Shown here: positions 37,326 through 48,138 of the stretch, piece by piece
Layout of the letters: every line of letters starts with the position of its first letter
How positions within the stretch are numbered: position 1 is the first letter of the stretch
Source of the DNA: Candidatus Bathyarchaeia archaeon
GTDB taxonomy: Archaea > Thermoproteota > Bathyarchaeia > Bathyarchaeales > Bathycorpusculaceae
Length of the DNA: 64,000 bases
Assembly: GCA_038882955.1 (NCBI GenBank)
Contig: JAVZNC010000001.1
Coordinates: forward strand, 256,001-320,000
Reading direction: 5' to 3'
Notes under the pieces: generated by a model
What the model was told of the DNA's origin: nothing
Database searches by the model: none
The model's input: the letters and a program-made list of their open reading frames with translations, nothing else
Made by a program: the position numbers and the translations under genes

Positions 37326-38666
37326 TTAGGGAAAATGCCAACCGTCAATAAGCTTTACAGAGGTGCCTTCACGTTTTTCCATGCCGTAACGCACAGTTGG
37401 TTTTGTTAAATGCCTCTGCGACCTTGTAGCTGTTATATACAAGCCCTTCTTCAAATCACGTTTGACTTTAACCTCAATTTTCTTAAGGCTGGAATAACGC
37501 GAACCGCAAGCTTCGCATCTAAAGCCCTTATTCTCTCCCATGGACTTCAGCCTCTTACCGCAGTTTGGACAAAGCGGATTACGAAGAACAGTTTTTGGCG
37601 CAAGTTTGAGTATGCGGATTTTCTCAAGGTTTATGGTTAATGGACGATTATGAGAGGGTGAGCGAACACCACCATAAACCTCAACAAAGTCGCCCACAAT
37701 CAATTTTCTTGCAACTTTGCGTAAGGCTCCAGTTGGCTCGTAAGCCGCACAATCCACTTGTGCAGTTTCATCTTCTATTGGAAAGATTACGTGCCGCCTT
37801 GGAACAGTCTTCGGGTTTGCAGAAACAATGCCTCTAGCAACAACTGGGTTATAGGGCTTAACTTCGCATAAACTTTTAACACGCTTTAGATGCGCGTCTG
37901 TTCCTTGATTTGTCCTAAAAATAACCCAGCGCTCAACTGGCTCAAGAGGCTTAACCATACCAAAGGCTTTCTTGACAATTTCTGGAGTTTCGCCACGAAT
38001 GCCAAAGAGAATCGGGTCTGGACCCCTAGGAGTAATTATTACTCTACGCTTTTCCAAATCAACATTGTTAAAAGTGTAAGGTGCCGTCGCCCTATCCATC
38101 TCAAAGATGGACTCCTCATTCACCATCCTTTTTAAACCATAATTTTCGGGCATTCTGTAAGCCAGAATCTCGTAGGTGTGGTCTCCCTCAAGCGTTTCGC
38201 CGACAGCAGCTAAACTGCCAATTATACCTCTGCCACTGTTGTATCCAAGAGCCTCGGCGCCAAAACGCTTTATGAGCCTCAAAGCTTCTTTTAAGGTTAC
38301 AATTCCAGTTATGGTGCTCTTCGCAAAAGCCTTAACCGCCACTGGAACCTTTGCCGCTTTAAGAAAGACTATGCCGGGGTCTGTGCCCCTAAAATGCATG
38401 TCTGCAAGCTCTTCAACAGCACTTATAACGGTCTCCTTAATTCTCTCCTCAGCATTTTCGTTGTATTTTATTCTCAAGCATAGGGCGCCGTTTCCACGAG
38501 TTTTCCACGGAACATTGGGGTTCAACCGCACAAGGTTTGGATAATCAATGAATTCAACGTCCATTTTTTGCAGCCTTTCTACTAGAACTGCGGCGATGTA
38601 TGTCGTACATCCCCGTCGCGTTGAGTCCGTGTCGTCTAAGCCTATGTGCATTACCGCTGATGCCAT
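37326..38666 (-). CDS. tiaS: tRNA(Ile2) agmatinylcytidine synthetase
   Basis: GLDDTDS, LNPNVPWKTRGN, PRGPDPILFGIRG, TNQGTDAH, zinc ribbon, RHLTKP. Confidence 0.95.
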   Translation of the reverse strand: MASAVMHIGLDDTDSTRRGCTTYIAAVLVERLQKMDVEFIDYPNLVRLNPNVPWKTRGNGALCLRIKYNENAEERIKETVISAVEELADMHFRGTDPGIVFLKAAKVPVAVKAFAKSTITGIVTLKEALRLIKRFGAEALGYNSGRGIIGSLAAVGETLEGDHTYEILAYRMPENYGLKRMVNEESIFEMDRATAPYTFNNVDLEKRRVIITPRGPDPILFGIRGETPEIVKKAFGMVKPLEPVERWVIFRTNQGTDAHLKRVKSLCEVKPYNPVVARGIVSANPKTVPRRHVIFPIEDETAQVDCAAYEPTGALRKVARKLIVGDFVEVYGGVRSPSHNRPLTINLEKIRILKLAPKTVLRNPLCPNCGKRLKSMGENKGFRCEACGSRYSSLKKIEVKVKRDLKKGLYITATRSQRHLTKPTVRYGMEKREGTSVKLIDGWHFP

Positions 38667-38736
38667 GTTAAAGCAGCCCATTCGTTAGGCAAAAGGATGG
38701 AAAATGTGTTTTGGATAAAAAGGAGGAAGAATTGCG

Positions 38737-38976
38737 CTATTTGGACTCCTCTACAACAATCATTGTTAGTGTTGACCTAACCTTGTCAAGTCTCCTAACA
38801 CGCCAAGTCACAATTTCCTTAAGCTTATCCATCGTGTCTGCCTTAACCCGCGCAATTATGTCATACACGCCGTAGACGGCGAAGGCTTCCTCAACACCCT
38901 CAACCTTCTTCAAGTCTTTTAGGACATCCGCCTCTGAACCTATCTCGGTATTTATCAACACAAAGGCTGTAGGCAT
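38737..38976 (-). CDS. Stand-alone Lrp/AsnC ligand-binding (RAM) domain protein
   Basis: AFVLIN...VYGVYDII...VRSTLT. Confidence 0.88.
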   Translation of the reverse strand: MPTAFVLINTEIGSEADVLKDLKKVEGVEEAFAVYGVYDIIARVKADTMDKLKEIVTWRVRRLDKVRSTLTMIVVEESK

Positions 38977-39107
38977 ATCTAGTCTCCTCACCTCTAATGT
39001 TGTGCTATACATTAAAATATTTTACTGAAACTTCGGAAGAAAAGCCTCCCAAAATTTGCGAAGGACTTATCTTCTTTTCTAGGGCATTAGCTATTAGGTT
39101 CAAGAAA

Positions 39108-40643
39108 ATGGAGAAAAATTACATAACAAGCCGTGAAATGCGCACTTTGGAAATAAACGCGGAATACTTCGGCGTTTCAAGGCTTCAGCTTATGGAAAAT
39201 GCTGGAAGAAACGTAGCCCAAGAAATAGCCTCAAGATTTAACAAAGAAAAAAGCGTTGCCATTTTCTGCGGTTTGGGCGGAAACGGCGGCGACGGTTTTG
39301 TAGCTGCAAGACACCTATCAGCAATAGGCTTCAAAGTAACAGTTATCCTCGCTGGCAAAGCAGAAGAAATTTCCGACGACTCCGCCTTAAAAAACTGGCT
39401 GGCAATACAACCCCTAAGACAAAGCATCACAATCCACGAAATTCGCGATGGCACACAAATTCCAGAAGTGAACGCAGACATAATCATAGACGCGTTGCTT
39501 GGAACAGGAACAAAGGGCAAACTTAGACCACCAATCATTCAGTTAGTCCAAAAAATTAACGCAACCAACGCTTTTCGAGTTGCCGTTGATATCCCAACTG
39601 GAGTGGACGCTGACACGGGCGAAGTTTTAGGCGACGCTGTGAAAGCAAACTTGACAATAACATTTCATAAGAAAAAAGTTGGATTGGAAAACGCGAAGGA
39701 CTATGTTGGCGAACTTGTCGTAAAAGACATTGGGATTCCAAGAGAATTTGAAAATTTTGCTGGTCCAGGCGACGTTTCACTCGTTATAAAACCACGCCCC
39801 GCAGAGTCGCATAAGGGAGATTTTGGACGCCTACTAGTCATTGGCGGAAGCGAAACTTTTTCGGGTGCCCCAGCACTTGTGGCTTTGGCTGCACTGCGAA
39901 CTGGTGTTGATTTAGTTTATGTTGCGGCTCCAGAAAAAACAGCCTACGCAATTTCAGCCATGTCTCCAGACCTTATAACCATAAAGCTTGAGGGACGACA
40001 TCTAAACGTTGGGAACATACCAGCATTAAAGGCGTACTTGGAAACGGTAAACGCTATTGTTTTAGGTCCTGGTTTGGGCTTGCATCCAGAAACAAGAGAA
40101 GCTGTTAAGGCTCTGGTTGACGCCGTTGAAAACTCGAGGAAGCCTCTGCTTTTGGATGCTGATGGATTAAAGGCTTTTGCAGAGTTTAAGAGAAAAGTTA
40201 ACATACCTTTGGTTTTAACGCCTCACGCTGGAGAATACGCCATACTGACTGGTAAAGAGTTGCCAGAAAGCCTAAACGAGAAAATAGCAGAAGTGCAAAG
40301 GACATCGGCTGAATTGGGCGCAGTAATCCTATTAAAAGGTCCAATCGACATAATTTCGGATGAAAAGCGCTTCAAACTTAACTTTACTGGCAATCCTGGG
40401 ATGACTGTTGGCGGAACTGGCGACGTGCTTTCTGGGATAGTTGGCGCTTTCTTGGCTAATAGCGTGAACCCGTTTGAGGCTGCTGTGGCTGGGGCGTTCG
40501 TTAACGGCGCTGCTGGAGACTTTGTTTTGGAGGAAAAGGGCTTCCACATGGTCGCAACGGACCTTATCGCGAAGATTCCGCTGGTTTTGAACGACCCGAT
40601 GTGCCACTTGAAGGTGCGCAGAACAATTGCAAAAACAAGTTAG
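39108..40643 (+). CDS. nnr: Bifunctional NAD(P)H-hydrate epimerase/dehydratase
   Basis: LMENAG, GGNGGDG, DALLGTG, HKGDFG, TPHAGE, GGTGDVLSG. Confidence 0.93.
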   Translation: MEKNYITSREMRTLEINAEYFGVSRLQLMENAGRNVAQEIASRFNKEKSVAIFCGLGGNGGDGFVAARHLSAIGFKVTVILAGKAEEISDDSALKNWLAIQPLRQSITIHEIRDGTQIPEVNADIIIDALLGTGTKGKLRPPIIQLVQKINATNAFRVAVDIPTGVDADTGEVLGDAVKANLTITFHKKKVGLENAKDYVGELVVKDIGIPREFENFAGPGDVSLVIKPRPAESHKGDFGRLLVIGGSETFSGAPALVALAALRTGVDLVYVAAPEKTAYAISAMSPDLITIKLEGRHLNVGNIPALKAYLETVNAIVLGPGLGLHPETREAVKALVDAVENSRKPLLLDADGLKAFAEFKRKVNIPLVLTPHAGEYAILTGKELPESLNEKIAEVQRTSAELGAVILLKGPIDIISDEKRFKLNFTGNPGMTVGGTGDVLSGIVGAFLANSVNPFEAAVAGAFVNGAAGDFVLEEKGFHMVATDLIAKIPLVLNDPMCHLKVRRTIAKTS

Positions 40644-41148
40644 AATCGTTGTTTATCACGCTGGACAATGCGACCCCAAAAAATGCACTGCGCTGAAGCT
40701 TAAGCGCCACGGACTAGTTGAAATTGTGCATAAGATTAGGTTTCTACCAAAAAGAGCCGTGGTTTTGAATCCTTTTTCGGAAATAGCCTTTTCTCCAGCC
40801 GACAAGGAGCGCATAGAAAAGTTTGGATTAGCCGCTTTAGACTTCAGCTGGGAACATGCAGAAAAGCCTCTAATAAAAAGTGTTAGGGGAACATCACGCT
40901 GCTTGCCATATCTGGTTGCTGGAAACCCCGTGAACTTCGGAAGTCCAACAAAGCTTAGCACAGTTGAAGCTCTAGCGGCTGCGCTTTACATTGCTGGCTT
41001 CAAAGAGGAAGCGTATAGGCTGTTGTCGATTTTCACGTGGGGGCACACGTTCATCGGAATAAATAAGGAAAGGCTTGAAGGTTATGCAAAGGCGAAGGAC
41101 AGCAAAACAATAATAGAAATGCAGAAAAAGTTCATGCAAACATATTAG
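40627..41148 (+). CDS. tsr3: 16S rRNA aminocarboxypropyltransferase
   Basis: QCDPKKCTA, LPYLVAGNPVNFG, LSTVEALAAAL, WGHTF. Confidence 0.93.
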   Translation: MQKQVRIVVYHAGQCDPKKCTALKLKRHGLVEIVHKIRFLPKRAVVLNPFSEIAFSPADKERIEKFGLAALDFSWEHAEKPLIKSVRGTSRCLPYLVAGNPVNFGSPTKLSTVEALAAALYIAGFKEEAYRLLSIFTWGHTFIGINKERLEGYAKAKDSKTIIEMQKKFMQTY

Positions 41149-41169
41149 TGCATTAACAAAGATAGGAGG

Positions 41170-42339
41170 ATGTGCAAAAGCATGAGTGAAAGAAAACTGC
41201 TCATGATTCCTGGACCCACAAATGTTGACCCACGGGTTCTTCGCGTCCTAAGTAAGCCAACGGTCTCGCACACGGATTCCGAGTTCATCGAAGTTTTCAA
41301 AAAAACGCTCGAACGATTAAAGAAGGTTTTCATGACTGAAGGTGATGTTTTCGCTGTTGCCGGTTCTGGAACATTAGCCTTGGAGATGGCTGTTGCGAAC
41401 ATTTTGGAGCCAAACGATAAGGTCTTGAATATAGTAACTGGATTTTTCGGAGAATACTTTGTTAAAGCGTCGATGGCTCATGGAGCAACGCCTAAAGTCT
41501 TGGAGTTCCCATGGGGAAAAACCGCAAATCCAAGAATGGTTAAAGAGGCTTTAAAGGAGAGCGATTTTAAGGCGGTAACTGTTACGCATGTTGAAACTTC
41601 AACTGGGGTTGCAAACCCGATAAGAGAGATAGGCGAAATAGTGGCGGAAGAAAGCGACGCGTTCTACATTGTTGATGCTGTTTGTTCTTTGGGCGGAATG
41701 GAAGTTCGCGTTGACGAATGGAACATAGACATCTGCGCTTCTGGTTCGCAAAAGTGCATAGGTGTTCCGCCTGGGTTAGCCCTTCTTTCGGCAAGCAAAA
41801 AAGTTATAGAATTTCTTGAAAAAAGAAAAACCCCAGTCAATTTTTGGTATGGTAACCTTAAAAATTGGCTTCCAACAATGCGCGACCCATCAATATACTT
41901 TGCCACGCCGCCAGTTAACATGATTTACGCCCTATCAGAAGCGCTTGAAATAATCCTAAACGAGGGACTAGAGAACAGGTTTAGAAGGCACCACGTTTTC
42001 GCTGAAGCTTTCAGAGCAGCCATGAAAGCATTAAAACTAAGGTTGGTTGCGGATGAGGAGTGCGCTGCTGACACCGTTACGGCAGTACACTATCCAGAAA
42101 AAGTAGAGGATGCAGCGTTCAGAAGCGAAATGAAAAACCGCGGAATAATAGTGGCATCCACCCTTGGACCGCTAAAGGGAAAGGGCTTCAGAATTGGACA
42201 TATGGGAAACGTAAGCCAAAACGATATACTTTCCACAATAGCGGCTATAGAGACGACGTTAAAAAATTTGGGACACGCCATCGAGCTTGGAGCTGGATTG
42301 GCGGCAGCTGAAGAGAGGATTCTCTCTTTGAAACGGTAA
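41170..42339 (+). CDS. Class V PLP aminotransferase (alanine-glyoxylate/serine-pyruvate type)
   Basis: MIPGP, HVETSTG, DAVCS, SQKC, FRIGHMG. Confidence 0.9.
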   Translation: MCKSMSERKLLMIPGPTNVDPRVLRVLSKPTVSHTDSEFIEVFKKTLERLKKVFMTEGDVFAVAGSGTLALEMAVANILEPNDKVLNIVTGFFGEYFVKASMAHGATPKVLEFPWGKTANPRMVKEALKESDFKAVTVTHVETSTGVANPIREIGEIVAEESDAFYIVDAVCSLGGMEVRVDEWNIDICASGSQKCIGVPPGLALLSASKKVIEFLEKRKTPVNFWYGNLKNWLPTMRDPSIYFATPPVNMIYALSEALEIILNEGLENRFRRHHVFAEAFRAAMKALKLRLVADEECAADTVTAVHYPEKVEDAAFRSEMKNRGIIVASTLGPLKGKGFRIGHMGNVSQNDILSTIAAIETTLKNLGHAIELGAGLAAAEERILSLKR

Positions 42340-42349
42340 AGGCTAGACG

Positions 42350-42970
42350 ATGGAGCTGATAACGGATTTCTACCTCTTTTTGCTTTCAGTAATCTTGGTA
42401 TCTTTATCTGGAGTTATGTCGCCTGGACCATTGTTCGCAGTTACCATCGCCAAGTCAAGCAGAGAGAAAAACGCTGGAGTTCTAATATCTGTTGGTCACG
42501 GCATTGTAGAGTTTCCATTAATGTTTCTAATTTATCTAGGTTTAGACTGGATTTTCGCTTCGCCTTTTGTTCAGAAAGCCATGGGTTTTGTTGGCGGAGC
42601 TTTAATGGTTTATTTAGGGTTTAAAATGCTCAAAACAAGAAAGGAATCTGGAAGCGAATCTCCATTCATTAAACACAGCTCGGTTGTTTCTGGAATTTTG
42701 GCAACAGCTGGAAACCCATATTTCCTTCTATGGTGGGCTACTATCGGGGCTTCCTTGGTCATGAATTCTACCGTTTTTGGGCATTTTGGCTTTTTATTAT
42801 TCACCATGATTCACTGGTCTTGCGATTTAGCTTGGAACGTTTTTGTTTCGTTCACGGTTTTCAAGTCGAAACGCTTTTGGACAAAGAGAATTTACGATGC
42901 CGTTTTCGGTTTTTGTTTCGCCATCTTGACTGGCTTCGGAATATGGTTCATCATTTCAGCGCTACTTTAG
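42350..42970 (+). CDS. LysE-family transporter
   Basis: MSPGP, GHGIVE, NPYFLLWW; multi-TM. Confidence 0.88.
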   Translation: MELITDFYLFLLSVILVSLSGVMSPGPLFAVTIAKSSREKNAGVLISVGHGIVEFPLMFLIYLGLDWIFASPFVQKAMGFVGGALMVYLGFKMLKTRKESGSESPFIKHSSVVSGILATAGNPYFLLWWATIGASLVMNSTVFGHFGFLLFTMIHWSCDLAWNVFVSFTVFKSKRFWTKRIYDAVFGFCFAILTGFGIWFIISALL

Positions 42971-44332
42971 GTCAGTAACTTTCTTCAACCTATACCTTTC
43001 ATAAACCAGCTCCACCTTATCCCCTTCAACCATAAACTCCACTGGAAGCTTACCACCAGACTGGATGGCATAAAACCTCTTCACTTGACCTTCTATATCT
43101 TCTGGAATCAGCGGTATAATCATATCCGTGTACTTGTCCTTAATTTCAAGCTGCAAGATTCCGCCTTTGCTGACGACTTGCGCCTTCATGGTTTCCTTGT
43201 AGGTTTCATATAGCCCCGTCAACAAGTCGTACGTCCGCTCATATTTCATGAAAGGCAAGTTTTCTGGGCTTTCGCCAATCATAAGAGCCAAACCGTAAAG
43301 TCCAATTTGCGAAAGCGGATATCCGCTTCCGTTTGCAAGCACAGCTATTCCAACATTTTCCTCTGGTATATACCCCACATAAGCTGTGTAAACCAGAACG
43401 GAACCGCCGTGACCAACAAGCTTCTTGCCGAAGAAGTTTGGGTTAACCATTAAACCATACCCGTAGGATTCTCCGCCAAAAACCTGAAGTGGCAAGGACA
43501 CGCGGGGCTTTTCCATCTCTTCTATGCCTTCACTCGAAAGCAGAGTCGCGCCTTCATAGCTTCCACGGTTAAGGTACATCATTATGTATTTAGCCAAGTC
43601 CAGAACGTTGCTTATTAAACCACCATCAGCATAAACGCCGTAAGGATGCACAGACTTTTTGCATTCACCGTCCCTCGTGATTATGTAGGGCACAGCAACG
43701 TTCGGGTCTGCCTCCACATCAGCCTTCTTGAAGAAGCTTCGGCTCATGCGCAGAGGCTTCAAAATTTTTTCCCTGACATAATCTTCATAGTTCATTCCAG
43801 AAAGCTTCTCAATAATATAGCCTAAAATCACGTAGCCCTCGTTCAGGTAAAACCATCTTTCGCCTGGCTTTGTTAAAGCCCATTCGTTTGCTTCCCTCAT
43901 GAACGTTATTATGTCCTCGTGGCTGGCTATTGGAACCCACTTATCACCAGCTCCAGTCAAGTAGCGGATAAGAGCCTCAGCATACGCAAGCGCAGGTATG
44001 CCAGAGGCGTGGCTGAGCAAATGCCATACTTTTGCTGAAACGCCCATCGGCTTAAGTTCTAGCGGAACGTATTTGCTGACAGCATCGTCTAGGCTTAGTT
44101 TTCCGTTTTCCGCAAGTTGCATAATCGATAGTGCTGTAAAAGATTTTGTTACGGAGCCGACGCCGTACAATGTTTCTGGTGTGGCTCTAAGTCCATACTC
44201 CAAATCTCTGAAACAAAATCCTCTGCTATACGCTACTTCGTTTTCTTTGACTGCAGCTATGCTTAAGCCTGGCAGATGCGACGCAGAAACTTTTTCAAAA
44301 ATGAAACTTTCGAGTTTGTCGAATTCCGCCAT
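42962..44332 (-). CDS. Beta-lactamase-like serine hydrolase (Pab87-type peptidase)
   Basis: SVTK (SxxK), YLN, HGG motifs plus a C-terminal beta domain. Confidence 0.85.
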   Translation of the reverse strand: MAEFDKLESFIFEKVSASHLPGLSIAAVKENEVAYSRGFCFRDLEYGLRATPETLYGVGSVTKSFTALSIMQLAENGKLSLDDAVSKYVPLELKPMGVSAKVWHLLSHASGIPALAYAEALIRYLTGAGDKWVPIASHEDIITFMREANEWALTKPGERWFYLNEGYVILGYIIEKLSGMNYEDYVREKILKPLRMSRSFFKKADVEADPNVAVPYIITRDGECKKSVHPYGVYADGGLISNVLDLAKYIMMYLNRGSYEGATLLSSEGIEEMEKPRVSLPLQVFGGESYGYGLMVNPNFFGKKLVGHGGSVLVYTAYVGYIPEENVGIAVLANGSGYPLSQIGLYGLALMIGESPENLPFMKYERTYDLLTGLYETYKETMKAQVVSKGGILQLEIKDKYTDMIIPLIPEDIEGQVKRFYAIQSGGKLPVEFMVEGDKVELVYERYRLKKVTDLK

Positions 44333-44399
44333 TTTGGGGACGCCTCCCTCGCCTACTTCAATGCTTTCTATTCTTGATAAGTTTTAAGGCAATAAGTTG

Positions 44400-45029
44400 C
44401 TAGCAGTCTTCGAGAAGAGTCCATGCTGCTGCAAGTGCGCCATAATTAGCACTTTTAAGGTCTTCTGCACTTGCGATTATTATGACATCGTTCTCTTCTG
44501 GCTTAAAAAGCTCGAATATCTGGGATGTTGCCTCTGGAAAGTCGCTTTTGGCATCCTCGCTTATGGAGGGTACTTTTAACTGACCGCCGACAAAAACAAT
44601 AGTTGTGGCTCCTTTCGCCCCAGCCCTTATTGCTGCATCGCGCTGTTCAATTCCATATCTTATTTTATCTCCGCGATTCTTCACCAAAATTGCAAAGTTG
44701 TAATCTGAAAGCGTCAACTCGTTCTTTCCAATTTCAGTCTTCTTCAAAAAAATTGACCTATAACTATTCCAAAACTTAACACCCTCATGGGTGAGCACAC
44801 ATCCAGACTTCGAAGTCTCAATCAGCCCAGCATCCCTCAACCTATCAACAATTGTGCGTGCGGCACCTTCGCCTAAGCTTAGGCTTTCAGCAAGCTTACC
44901 TCTGCCCAACTTTTTCTCAGCTATAAGCTCTATCGCATGTAGAATATGAAAAACAGAGAACGTTGGGGAAGGCCCTGGTGCTCTCTCTCCAACAACCCTT
45001 TCTAGGAACTCCTTAAGCTTGGTCGCCAT
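44400..45029 (-). CDS. HTH plus DUF4443-like domain protein
   Basis: GRGKLAESLSLGEGAART HTH; GIEQRDAAIRAGAKGATT. Confidence 0.75.
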   Translation of the reverse strand: MATKLKEFLERVVGERAPGPSPTFSVFHILHAIELIAEKKLGRGKLAESLSLGEGAARTIVDRLRDAGLIETSKSGCVLTHEGVKFWNSYRSIFLKKTEIGKNELTLSDYNFAILVKNRGDKIRYGIEQRDAAIRAGAKGATTIVFVGGQLKVPSISEDAKSDFPEATSQIFELFKPEENDVIIIASAEDLKSANYGALAAAWTLLEDC

Positions 45030-45144
45030 TAATAATTCACAATCCAATTTAAGATATAAGGCTATTATAATTTTAAGCCTGTATGAATTTGTTTTACTTA
45101 TCCTGTTAACGGCGACTAACAGAGTAGAGTTTGCATATTATCGG

Positions 45145-48138
45145 CTATTTTGGACTTTTCCTGAATAAGAGTTCTTGATATTCCGAGTTTACTTTTCCAT
45201 GTTTTTCGTTGATGACTCTGCTGATTTTATGCCAGTCTTGGGATATTTTTGGCCATAGCTCGCTGGACATTAACTGCTTTGTCACGTATTCTTTTAATGG
45301 TTTTTCCCGTTTGATTGTTTTTCGGTGCCACTCGAAGCTTATGAGCCCAGCGCGTTTCAAGTATTGAATTGTGTGACCTACTTGGTGGTGATCGAGTGGG
45401 TATTCCATGCTTCTTTCTAAATCTTCTAGGAGCGAGTCAACTGTTATTTCGTCTTCTGGGCGTAGACAGATGATGGCTATGACATCTTGGATGAGCCTCG
45501 CAGTCTTGGTGGGATATATCCCAATCTTCTTGGGCGGGATGAGGATTTGTTCTAGGCGGTAGCCATACCTCCTGTAAAACCAGCTTTTTATGATTTCAGC
45601 CAGTGCCACATAGGCGCCGAGAATTGCGGCTAATGCTATAAAGAAGGTTGCTGGAGGCTCTACAAATTTGAAAATTTCTCCTAATGGCGTGTAGGGAAGT
45701 ATCAGCGCGAATGTTATTATTGCTATGCTGCTGAAAAGCAAAAGTCGGCTAGGCTTGCTTTTCCAGAAAGGCGACTTCTTTGTTCTAATGGCAAAGATTA
45801 CAAGAGTCTGCGAGGTTAGGGATTCAATGAACCAAGCAGTTTGGAATAGTGGCTCATAAGCGTTAAAGATGAAAAGCATTATAAAGAATGTTATAAAGTC
45901 GAAGAGTGAGCTGACAGGTCCAAGACACACCATAAACCGTCTAATGAAGTGTATGTCCCATCTTTTAGGCTTCTCAATGTATTCTTGGTCAACTTCGTCT
46001 GCGGGTATCGTTGATTGGGAAAAGTCGTAGAGAAGGTTGTTAAGCAGTATTTGTATGGGCAGCATTGGCAGAAAAGGCAGAAACAACGATGCTCCAGCCA
46101 CGCTGAACATGTTTCCAAAGTTTGAGCTCACACCCATCATGATGTACTTCATGGTGTTGCCGAAGGTTTTTCTGCCCTCCAAAACTCCGTCGTGAAGCAC
46201 CGTCAAATCGTTCTGCAAAAGAATTATGTCTGCGGATTCCTTCGCAACGTCAACGGCGTTTTCGACAGATACACCGACATCCGCCGTTTTCAGTGAAGGC
46301 GCATCATTTATTCCATCGCCCAAGAATCCAACAACATGCCCATTGTTTTTTAAAGCGTTTATTATTCTGTCTTTCTGAGCTGGTGTAACCCTGCAGAACA
46401 CGTTAGCTTCTTCGACAACTCTTGCAAGGGCGTCATCATGCAGCTGGGCAATTTCGCTTCCAGTGACAACCCCTTTTATGTCGAAGCCTAAGTGCTCGCA
46501 AACCTTCCTCGTTACCAGCTCATTGTCGCCTGTAAGAATTTTCAACTCTATGCTGGCATTTTTCAGAAGCTGTAAAGCTTCTCTCGCCGTTTCTTTTGGT
46601 GGGTCAAGGAAAGCTATGAAGCCAAAAAACACCATTTCTGTTTCGTCGCCCGCCGTGTAGACGGGTTTATCCTCTCTTAAACGCTTGTAGGCTACGGCTA
46701 AAACCCGGTAGCCCTCAGCGCTAAGCTCAATATATTTTTGCTCGATATTTCGGCGCACTTCGTCCGTTATGTCGGCTACAACCTCTCCAACTTCGTAATA
46801 AGAGCAGACCTTAGCAACCTCTTCAGGAGCACCTTTAGTGATCATAAACCGTTGATTTTGATGTTCAACAACTATGGAGAGGCGTTTACGGACAAAATCA
46901 AAGGGAACCTCATCAACTTTCCTATAATCCTTAACATCCACATCTCTAAAACTCAGTATAGCCTCGTCCAAGGGGTTTTTAAGTCCAGTCTGGTAATAGC
47001 TATTTAGGTAGGAGTAAAGCAGAACCTTATCGCTTTCGTTGCCGTCGAGATCCACGTGTAGAACAAGCTTTATCCTGTTTTCCGTCAAAGTTCCAGTTTT
47101 GTCCGTGCACAGAACGTCCATGCTTCCAAAATTTTGTATGGCTGCTAGGCGTTTCACGATGACGCCCTTCTTAGCCATCGACACTGCTCCTTTAGAGAGG
47201 TTCACCGAAATTATCATTGGAAGAAGCTCCGGTGTCAAGCCCACAGCTAAAGCCACAGCGAAAAGAAGTGAATCAAGCACGCTTCGCATGTAAAGGGCGT
47301 TAATGAAAAACACGAATATGACAAGCAGAAAAGTTACTTGCATTATCATGTAACCAAAACTTCGAATACCCCTCTGGAACTCCGTTTCCGGCTCCCTTGC
47401 AACGAGGCTCTTCGCAATTTTCCCATACTCTGTATGGCTGCCAGTTTTCACGACAACGGCGGTTGCTGTCCCGCTCACAACAGAAGTTCCCATAAAAAGA
47501 TAGTTGCTCCACTCCGTTATTGACGGGTCATAAGATTTCAGCGGCAAGCCAGTCTTCTCAACGGGAAAAGATTCACCAGTCAACGCAGACTGGTTCACGA
47601 ACAGGTCTTTTGCACTTATAACTCGGGCGTCTGCAGGCACAATGTCGCCTGCTGAAAGAAATATTATGTCTCCAGGAACGATCTCCGCAAGCCTAACCTC
47701 TTTTTTAATCCCATCCCTCAAAACGGTGGCTGTTGTCGCCACCCTCTGCTTCAGCATTTCAGCCGCTCTTTCAGCCTTATATTCTTGATAAAAGTCTAAG
47801 ACCACGCTGAACGTCACTATAACAAATATGATAGCTGTGTTAGCAACCTCGCCAAAAAAGCCGGAAATCAGTCCAGCGATAAGAAGAATTATTATCAATG
47901 GACTTTTGAAGTGGGAGAGGAAATCGATGATGACTGCTCTCCTCTTTTTTCTAACAAGCTCATTATAGCCAAAAAATTCAAGACGCCTTTCCACATCCTC
48001 GGATGAAAGCCCATCCGATGAAGTCTTTAAGCGCAAAAGAAGCTCCTCAACAGGCAAAGTTAAAACTTCTTCAGCGCTCGGCATAGCCCAGCTTAAACCT
48101 TCGCCAACACTTGACTCCTCCAAATTCTTAACCACCAT
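45145..48138 (-). CDS. mgtA: Mg2+-transporting P-type ATPase with C-terminal extension
   Basis: TGES, PELLP, DKTGTLT, GDGINDAP, SSNFGN, NLLYD, FQTAWFIES. Confidence 0.93.
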   Translation of the reverse strand: MVVKNLEESSVGEGLSWAMPSAEEVLTLPVEELLLRLKTSSDGLSSEDVERRLEFFGYNELVRKKRRAVIIDFLSHFKSPLIIILLIAGLISGFFGEVANTAIIFVIVTFSVVLDFYQEYKAERAAEMLKQRVATTATVLRDGIKKEVRLAEIVPGDIIFLSAGDIVPADARVISAKDLFVNQSALTGESFPVEKTGLPLKSYDPSITEWSNYLFMGTSVVSGTATAVVVKTGSHTEYGKIAKSLVAREPETEFQRGIRSFGYMIMQVTFLLVIFVFFINALYMRSVLDSLLFAVALAVGLTPELLPMIISVNLSKGAVSMAKKGVIVKRLAAIQNFGSMDVLCTDKTGTLTENRIKLVLHVDLDGNESDKVLLYSYLNSYYQTGLKNPLDEAILSFRDVDVKDYRKVDEVPFDFVRKRLSIVVEHQNQRFMITKGAPEEVAKVCSYYEVGEVVADITDEVRRNIEQKYIELSAEGYRVLAVAYKRLREDKPVYTAGDETEMVFFGFIAFLDPPKETAREALQLLKNASIELKILTGDNELVTRKVCEHLGFDIKGVVTGSEIAQLHDDALARVVEEANVFCRVTPAQKDRIINALKNNGHVVGFLGDGINDAPSLKTADVGVSVENAVDVAKESADIILLQNDLTVLHDGVLEGRKTFGNTMKYIMMGVSSNFGNMFSVAGASLFLPFLPMLPIQILLNNLLYDFSQSTIPADEVDQEYIEKPKRWDIHFIRRFMVCLGPVSSLFDFITFFIMLFIFNAYEPLFQTAWFIESLTSQTLVIFAIRTKKSPFWKSKPSRLLLFSSIAIITFALILPYTPLGEIFKFVEPPATFFIALAAILGAYVALAEIIKSWFYRRYGYRLEQILIPPKKIGIYPTKTARLIQDVIAIICLRPEDEITVDSLLEDLERSMEYPLDHHQVGHTIQYLKRAGLISFEWHRKTIKREKPLKEYVTKQLMSSELWPKISQDWHKISRVINEKHGKVNSEYQELLFRKSPK

